A DNA stretch of 64,000 bases from Rhynchobatus australiae (Eukaryota), in assembly GCA_034780895.1 (NCBI GenBank), contig JAUZTB010000069.1, positions 15,267,397-15,331,396 of the forward strand, given 5' to 3'. The notes below the pieces were generated by a model, which saw nothing but the letters and a program-made list of their open reading frames with translations, was not told the DNA's origin and did not search any database. Of the stretch, positions 56,761 to 64,000 are shown one piece after another; position 1 is the stretch's first letter; every line of letters begins with the position of its first letter. The position numbers and the translations under genes were made by a program.

Positions 56761-59729
56761 CACAGAATTAAAGTGACAACAGGAAAAAATATTTTGCACA
56801 GCAAAATATCTGGGGTAGTGGTGGAGGCAAATTCAGTTAGTGTTCAGAGGAAGCTGGATAGATATCTAACATGAAGTGTTAGGGCTACATGACAGGAAGG
56901 GAAAAATGGGGGCCTGCTGAACTCCTACTGCTCCAGTAGGAGCTTGATGGGCTGGATGACCATGCTGTAACTACATGACTAGTCCTTTGACTGTACTCCA
57001 AGTCCCAATTCTCCAGCCTGTGAAATTGGCCTCTTTGCATCTACCTTGTCAGTCCTTCTCAAAATCCTGCATGTCTCCTTGAAATCATACATAATACAAC
57101 TATATTAGCAGACAATTCAAGAATGCAGACATGACATTGTCAGAGACCAGTGGGTTGTCATAGAAATGCAATTAATAGTTACAGCCTCTGTGGCTAAATT
57201 AAAATAAGTAAACTAATGGATACCATTTCTATTCATAACTAGTATAAAGCCTAGTCCAAGGTAATTTCCAATTAGGCTAACTGATTTCTCAAACTGGATT
57301 TCAATAACATTTTCTCATTTGTTTCCTTCAAGTTCCCTGTACCGTCTGGTGACCATTCCCAATGCTGTGAGTCTCTTAAGCTATAAATATTAATTGGTAC
57401 CAAGTCCCACTCAGGGGACAAAACAATATGGTGACAGTGTAGAACTATGGAAGTGCTCCACAATCTTGCTTGCTGAATATTTTCAACATTCAAAACAAAC
57501 CATTTTGGTTTATTGAGTGCAACTACAGGCTGCAAGTCTTCAATAATAAGTTGTGTGGATGGAGATAGTCAGATGTGACCCAAAAGCCAAAGTTCTGAGT
57601 GAGCAATAAACTATGTAGNNNNNNNNNNNNNNNNNNNNNNNNNNNNNNNNNNNNNNNNNNNNNNNNNNNNNNNNNNNNNNNNNNNNNNNNNNNNNNNNNN
57701 NNNNNNNNNNNNNNNNNNCAATAAACTATGTAGTGACATGGTATGGATAACATAGATGTAAGCATATCAATTTTTAATAACAAGAATAGAGGGCAGAAGT
57801 AGAAGGCCACAGCAAGAACCAAAGCATTTTTTCCACATTATGCATGTGTAAAATATTATTATGGATTATCTCTCCAGTTGTTTCCCATCAAATGTAGACA
57901 ATCGAATGTTATTTAATGCCTTCAGAATGGAGTTCCACAAGTCCTAGGATGGTCGTGGTATATGGAAAGTATTTTCGTCCATCAAGTCCATGCCAGCTCC
58001 TAGTAGTGTGATCCCATCAGTCTTATTCTCCCACTCTTTCCCCATAGCCCTGTAAATTATTCTTTCCCAAGGGCTTATCAAATTCCCCTTTTAAAGCTCT
58101 GATGGACTTGGTTTCTGATACTATCTAGTTTTTAAAACTGCCAAGGCTTTGGGAACAAGAGAGGATGAAGAAATAGCAGGAGTCAGAACTCCAGCCTTCT
58201 TGGTTTCAGAGGAATCTTTCTTTCAGGGAACACAAATATTAGGTCAAATAATGCAGCCTGAACTTTGTATGTTAGTATGGGCCATTGNNNNNNNNNNNNN
58301 NNNNNNNNNNNNNNNNNNNNNNNNNNNNNNNNNNNNNNNNNNNNNNNNNNNNNNNNNNNNNNNNNNNNNNNNNNNNNNNNNNNNNNNNNNNNNNNNNNNN
58401 NNNNNNNNNNNNNNNNNNNNNNNNNNNNNNNNNNNNAGGATAAAGGTTCAAGATTTTCATAATATTTTCCACAATGTCTTTTATTGTAGTCAATATCACT
58501 TCCATTCATATGTGGCAGTTTTCCAGATTTATACTATACACTGAAAAATAACTTGCACATTATCACTGAATTCCATGATGGGATTGTATTATTATTCCAC
58601 TTCAAAATATGTTTTTAAAAACAAAACACAGGACTTTGTTTTGTACAGATTCTATTTCCCTTCCCTCCCAAATTCATTGATGGATTGGCTAAACTTTTGT
58701 GAATTGACGCATTTTTTTTCCAAAAGAGTCTTCATTAATTTTTTTGAATAATTCAGTCCCATTGGCCTGTCATATCGACTTGTGATCCTGCAATATTTTT
58801 CCTTAACAGGTAAACACAATGCCAATGCTTTTTAGACCTTTGTGATAGCCTTTCAATGTGGGCCACATTGCTGCAGTGGGGTATTTTGTTGGGCATCACT
58901 CCTTTAAATGAGTTAACTTCTAATATCTAAAACTACGAACCCATTTGTCCTACAATAAGTGCAAAACAGAAAATCCATTTCTCATAATCACACAGCATTT
59001 GAACTCCTTATGCATCATGACAAGAAAAGTGAAAAGGTACCTTGCATAAAAAAAACCTTTCACCCTACCAAAAATCTCTTCAACTTTACATAAACCCAGA
59101 ATTGTTTAAATTCAATATCTCTATGTCAAAGAGAGCACCGAGAGATTGAGATGCATGCCAGGATTCGTTTTGGATTCATCGTCTTAAGGGCAAGAAGGGT
59201 TCAGTATCTGAGATTTCACTTCATGCATCACCAGCTGTTATAATTGCCATTTAGATGGGTGCTCTAAAGCAAAGTCTTTGATTCATTGTGTTGTCTCTTT
59301 ATAGAATTTAACTCAATCTTCAAGCTCTTGAGCCTGATTGAGTTGCAGTGAATGTGCTTTAATTTCATAGCTCTAACTCAAGAATGACAGGACCTGTTAA
59401 TACAACCTGCTAAATATTCCTATACTTGACAAACTATTTTATAAGGATGAGTAATTTTAATAATATAGCCAAAATCACACCTTATTTTGATATATTTAAT
59501 TGCATTGATCATCTGTTGTTGCTTCTTTAGCTTCAGTGGCATCTTTTGTTGGTCTTATTTTAGCTAGTGTGACCAAAATGTTAGTTAGATTTAGTGTCAA
59601 TTAAGCTGCACTGATCTTTCTCATTGATGTTAAATTGGCTGTAATTTAGTAATGATGACCATTATAGGATTGTCATGAAAACCCATCTGCATTAGTAATG
59701 TCCTTCAGGAGATAAAATTTGCCATTCTT

Positions 59730-60030
59730 ATTCCCAGATATAGACAGACTGTTGGAATGGGTGGATAGGTAGCAGATTAAAATTAAAGCTGAGAAAACTG
59801 GGGTTACATTTTGGTAAGAAGAATAGGATGAGGCAATGTAAAGCAGAGGGACATTCCTAAGACAGGTACAAGAACAGAGAAATAAAAGACCATAGTTCAT
59901 TGAAAGTGGTAGAGCAGATTCCAAAAGTGTTTAAGGGAAAGCGTGAGGGATCTGGGCTATATAAACAGAGGTATAGCATAGATGAGCAAAGAAGCCACAA
60001 TGAACCTTTATAAAAACACTGCTTCAGCCA
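59730..60030 (+). mobile_element. Old CR1 fragment
   Basis: LEWVDR.QIK, HFGKKNR.RQ relics. Confidence 0.6.
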
Positions 60031-60544
60031 CTTGTATTTTACATGACAAACATGTTACTCCCAGAACTTTGTACAGAAGCAAACTCCCAATAATTTCATT
60101 ACATGGAATTACAATTAGTGATATAATCCTGCATTGCTTCAGTATACAATAAGGTGCTGTCAGTTTTCCAATGTGGACCTGACATACTGCATTTGCTGCT
60201 CACAGCGTGTTCTGCTCCTCATTGGAGAAGCCAAACACAGATTGAGGGACAACTTTATGGAGCACCTGCGTTCAGTCCACAGGGAGTGGCTCTGAGCTTC
60301 CAGTTGCCTATCACTTTAATTCCCCATCCCACTCCTGCTTAGTTTGACTGTGGCTTCCTGCATGAGCACTTAGTCTTCTTCTGTCTGAGCACCTTCCAGA
60401 CTTCACATTGAATTCAGCAACTTCAATTAATTCACTTTTTCTGTTTGTATCAGAACCAGCCAGTCCTACTAAAGGTCATCCATTGATGATAATTGCACAT
60501 TTCTTCTCTCCAACAGCACTACATTTCACAACTTTCCCATTCTT

Positions 60545-60812
60545 TTCAGGAAAGAGATGAGGAGGAATTTCTTTAGCCAGTTGGTGGTGAATCTGTGGAA
60601 TTCGTTGCCATAGATGGTGGCGGAGGCCAAGTCATTGGGTATATTTAACGTGGAGGTTGATAGGTTCTTGGTTAGTAAGGGTGCCAAAACGTTACGGGGA
60701 GAAGGCAGGAGAATGGGGTTGAGAGGGAAAAAATAAGTCAGCCATGATCGAATGGCAGAGCAGACGCAATGGGCTGAATGCCCTAATTCTGTTCCTATGC
60801 ATTATGGTCTTT
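60545..60812 (+). mobile_element. Comparatively intact CR1 3' end
   Basis: RRNFFSQ.VVNLWNSLP...GIF..EVDRFL..KG; tail GGGCTGAATGCCCTAATTCTGTTCCTATG. Confidence 0.85.
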
Positions 60813-60844
60813 CCCTGGTTATTCTTTTGTCCTTAATATACTTA

Positions 60845-62270
60845 CTAAGGACACCAAAGGTTCTGCATTGAAAATAAAACATGTGTTATTGAGTTAAAAT
60901 ACTCTACAGACAATTTGAATCAATGAATTATTTAATTAGAATTACAGTCAAGAATTTTGATTCTACTTTTAGACCTCCGACCCATAATAGGTTAATTATT
61001 GGACAGTGCAGTTATAGTACATGAAGTGCCATAAAATGGCAATAGCTGCTAAATGTTGGTGCTTTAGATCACACAAGGCAACATGCTGAAGAAGGAAAAT
61101 TCTTGTCGAATTGTAATTAAAGATCTTATCTTACTCAAGTTGTGCATTGATGTTCACATAAAATCAGATTATCTGTGATGTCACAAGATGTCAGGTGCAA
61201 AACTGAATCAATATGACATCAGAAGCAAAATGTCAAACAACAATTGCATCCAATCTTCATTGCAACACTCAAGAGTTAAAATGTGGTTTGAAGTTGCTAA
61301 TTATTCAAGTGTCACAAATTTTCATCAAATAACTGAAAAACTTTGAAAAATAATATGACAGGGTCTGGCATATCAGCATAAATTTAAGTTTTAAGGGGGA
61401 GGCTGCATTATAATTTGTAACAGATGCTGTCCAGCAATCAGTGGAGTGTTCATATCTCTCAGGTTTTCTTTACAAAGAAGAGATCAATCCTGATGAAGTG
61501 ATTCTTACAGCACAACTATTAGTGACAAGACGGAATTTGAAGTTTAAAGCAATTCTTTACCACACAGTAGTCATTGACATGCTCAATGTTTTCAATGAGG
61601 GTAGGAAATCTCACCTACACATAAGTAGTGGTCACACCTTTAAATGATGCAAATCTGCCAAAAGGCAGGAAATTCATACCACAATGGCAAACCATTGATG
61701 GAAACAGTCAAGTCTTTGAAATATGGTCTGTTTCCATTCACCAACCATAAAGCACAGTGAAGGATTTCACACACTGGGGAGAAGACAAGTGCAAAATAAA
61801 CATACAGTGAAGATGCAGACCAGATGTATTTTTAAGGAGAGTTCAGGGAAACAGCAGACAGACCTCAAGAGTACCATTGCAACAGTGAGAGAGATGCAAG
61901 ACTACCTCACAAAGTGCCATCATTTACGAAGGCAGTTTGAGTATTTTTATATGAAGCAAAAGCAAACACAAGCAGAACACACACTCTTTTTGAAACTAAT
62001 CCCTAACACTGGTCCTGATACAACTTTGCCCTTGCAATTTTGTTGCAAATGAATATGAAATTCATGATTGAAGAAGTTCTGATATTCACCCTAACTTGTA
62101 TAGGAATTTGCAGAGTTTTAAGCTGGGCTCTCTTCAGAGGTGAATATGCTTTTGTCTTTTCAAATGACTATTGTCAATAAGCTGAATCATTTTATCTCGA
62201 TTTGCTACAAAAATGTTTAGTTATCAAAAATATTAGGAAGTTATAAACATTTATATAAAATTCATTTTTT
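60845..62270 (+). mobile_element. Decayed, internally deleted copy 2 of the same CGGBP1-like hAT element
   Basis: Nucleotide blocks alignable by eye to 38085-40000; relic peptides HAEEGKFLSNCN, CIDVHIKSDY and TRRNLKFKAILYHT. Confidence 0.72.
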
Positions 62271-63877
62271 AAAAAAAACATAGCTTAAGCCAGTTTTCTC
62301 CAATAATTAACATGCCTGGTGACTTTAATAAGTTATTGCCATTAATAGAAATAAATATATTCAGCAATTTTGTCTGTTTTGTCCACAAATTAGCCACTTA
62401 AAAAACTTAATTCTACAATATAGNNNNNNNNNNNNNNNNNNNNNNNNNNNNNNNNNNNNNNNNNNNNNNNNNNNNNNNNNNNNNNNNNNNNNNNNNNNNN
62501 NNNNNNNNNNNNNNNNNNNNNNNNNNNNNNNNNNNNNNNNNNNNNNNNNNNNNNNNNNNNNNNNNNNNNNNNNNNNNNNNNNNNNNNNNNNNNNNNNNNN
62601 NNNNNNNNNNNATTTGCCTCCCAACTGCCAGTGTCATTCCAAGTTTAAAACCACAATTATTATTAAATTTAACTTCTGCATTAAAACTTTTAAATAGAAA
62701 AAAAACTTCATTAGCTTTATTATAAAACCAACAACTCTGATCTTAAATCCTTTATTTCTGAAGTGAGATTTGAACCCACAACCTTTTAACTTAGCAGTGT
62801 GACAAATTATGCCACAGATATACATTATTTATATACATTACTTATGAAATACAAATAGACTTTCCTGTGGGTTTGTGGAATGATGTCCAATCTGTTGCAT
62901 TAAAATTGATTGAAGTTTTGCCACCCCGCAATCATTTTAGATACAAATTCCACTGGAAATGCAATTCACAAAAATGTCCAATTAAAAACAATCTGGGGAA
63001 AAAAAACATGTATTTTCACATGTTGAAATTTAATTTTTTAAAACAAAACTTCTGTTTACAGTGGAAAAAGTTTAGTTTAAAAATAAATCACACTTTTCAA
63101 GTTTTACTAAATAACACTTTATAATGAGCTAGTCACACAACTGGACACGACAATATGGCAACAAGATTATTCAGGTATCAGCAGGAAATATGTTGTATTA
63201 CAAAAGTAACTGCTCAAATACGCACACGATTTGCCTTTTTTGTGTATAATTAACTGGCCTTAGTAAAAAGAAAACAATGGAATTTTTATACAATTTATAT
63301 GATCTGACCTATAAAAAATGCTGACACAAAAGCATCACTGAATGTAAAGGCAAAACTGAGAAATTCAGTAATCAAAAGGCTCATGTACTCAACCATGTTT
63401 GCTTCTAAGGTAGAAAAGCTGAGTACCTTGTGCATGGAAGTCATTAGTTCATTGCAAAAAGAAATTAACCTCTCTTGCTGTAATTTCTTTAAGTGGGATG
63501 GTGGGAATGAAACTCGAACACAATACATCATTGATTTCAAAGCAAGGTACTTGCATCAAGGGTATTTACTCAAGATTTTAAATTTCATCATAAAGCTGTA
63601 TTTTTCAAAGAACTGCAGCCCCATCACTGATACTTTGCAATCATTTTCAACAAATTACTTCACCATTATTTGCATGTAAACTAAGTGTGATATTCGATTT
63701 GCAAATAGCAGTTTAAAATCACCACATGAACAACTGTGACACATTGGGAGAGATTCAAATCCCCAGGAAAACAGATTTTCAAATCCATCAACTGCTGAAA
63801 ACAATGCCCTCTTCAATATTTTTTTTAAAAAGTGTCCTGTGTTGAAAAAAATATTTAATTAAAAAAACATACACATT

Positions 63878-64000
63878 CTACAAGTAAAAGTCCACCTTGG
63901 TGGCCACAGTTTTGCAGCCTTTGTGTGAATAGATCTTTTCATTCTCAGGAAAGTATGTCATTTCATCAGCTACACTGATAATGATGTCCTCATCCTCCTG
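63878..64000 (-). CDS. Torsin-1 family AAA+ ATPase, C-terminal 40 aa of last exon ([40 protein letters not shown]); gene continues past the right edge
   Basis: Matches the torsin-1 C-terminus pattern DEDI..VA.EMT.FP..E...S.KGCKTV, including the GCK sensor-2 motif (63911-63919); syntenic with C9orf78. TOR1A versus TOR1B cannot be assigned. Confidence 0.9.
   Translation of the reverse strand, partial: QEDEDIIISVADEMTYFPENEKIYSHKGCKTVATKVDFYL

Noticed and set aside
57604-57733. 15-bp direct repeat CAATAAACTATGTAG on both sides of a gap (similarly GTGCCTGGT around the gap at ~13986-14085)
   Set aside because: Could be a target-site duplication, but equally an unmerged contig overlap; not decidable without reads.
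63295-63679. 81- and 98-aa ORFs near the right edge
   Set aside because: No recognisable motifs; they fall in the probable torsin 3' UTR.

Overview
This is AT-rich vertebrate genomic DNA with many short N gaps; the repeat content (V-type and Deu-type SINEs, CR1, L2, Rex/Babar, Penelope-like termini) points to a cartilaginous fish. Three genes could be read by hand. USP20 (minus strand) has a non-coding first exon at ~37.2-37.3 kb and 20 coding exons from 35442 down to 151 (2400 nt, all phases consistent), and continues past the left edge. C9orf78/TLS1 homologue (plus strand) is complete, with 9 exons from 40860 to 54976 (870 nt, 289 aa). The 3' end of a torsin-1 gene (minus strand, 63878-64000) was missed by the ORF track. 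This matches the vertebrate TOR1-C9orf78-USP20 synteny block. The main unexpected signal is two decayed copies of a CGGBP1-like hAT transposase that flank C9orf78 in direct orientation (~38.1-40.3 kb and ~60.85-62.3 kb). The first copy lies between the USP20 and C9orf78 promoters, each of which carries its own ZNF143-type site. Also seen are a dispersed repeat with relic hammerhead-ribozyme cores and a fold-back CR1 hairpin in USP20 intron 1. All homology calls come from reading the sequence by eye, with no database search, and repeat boundaries are approximate.
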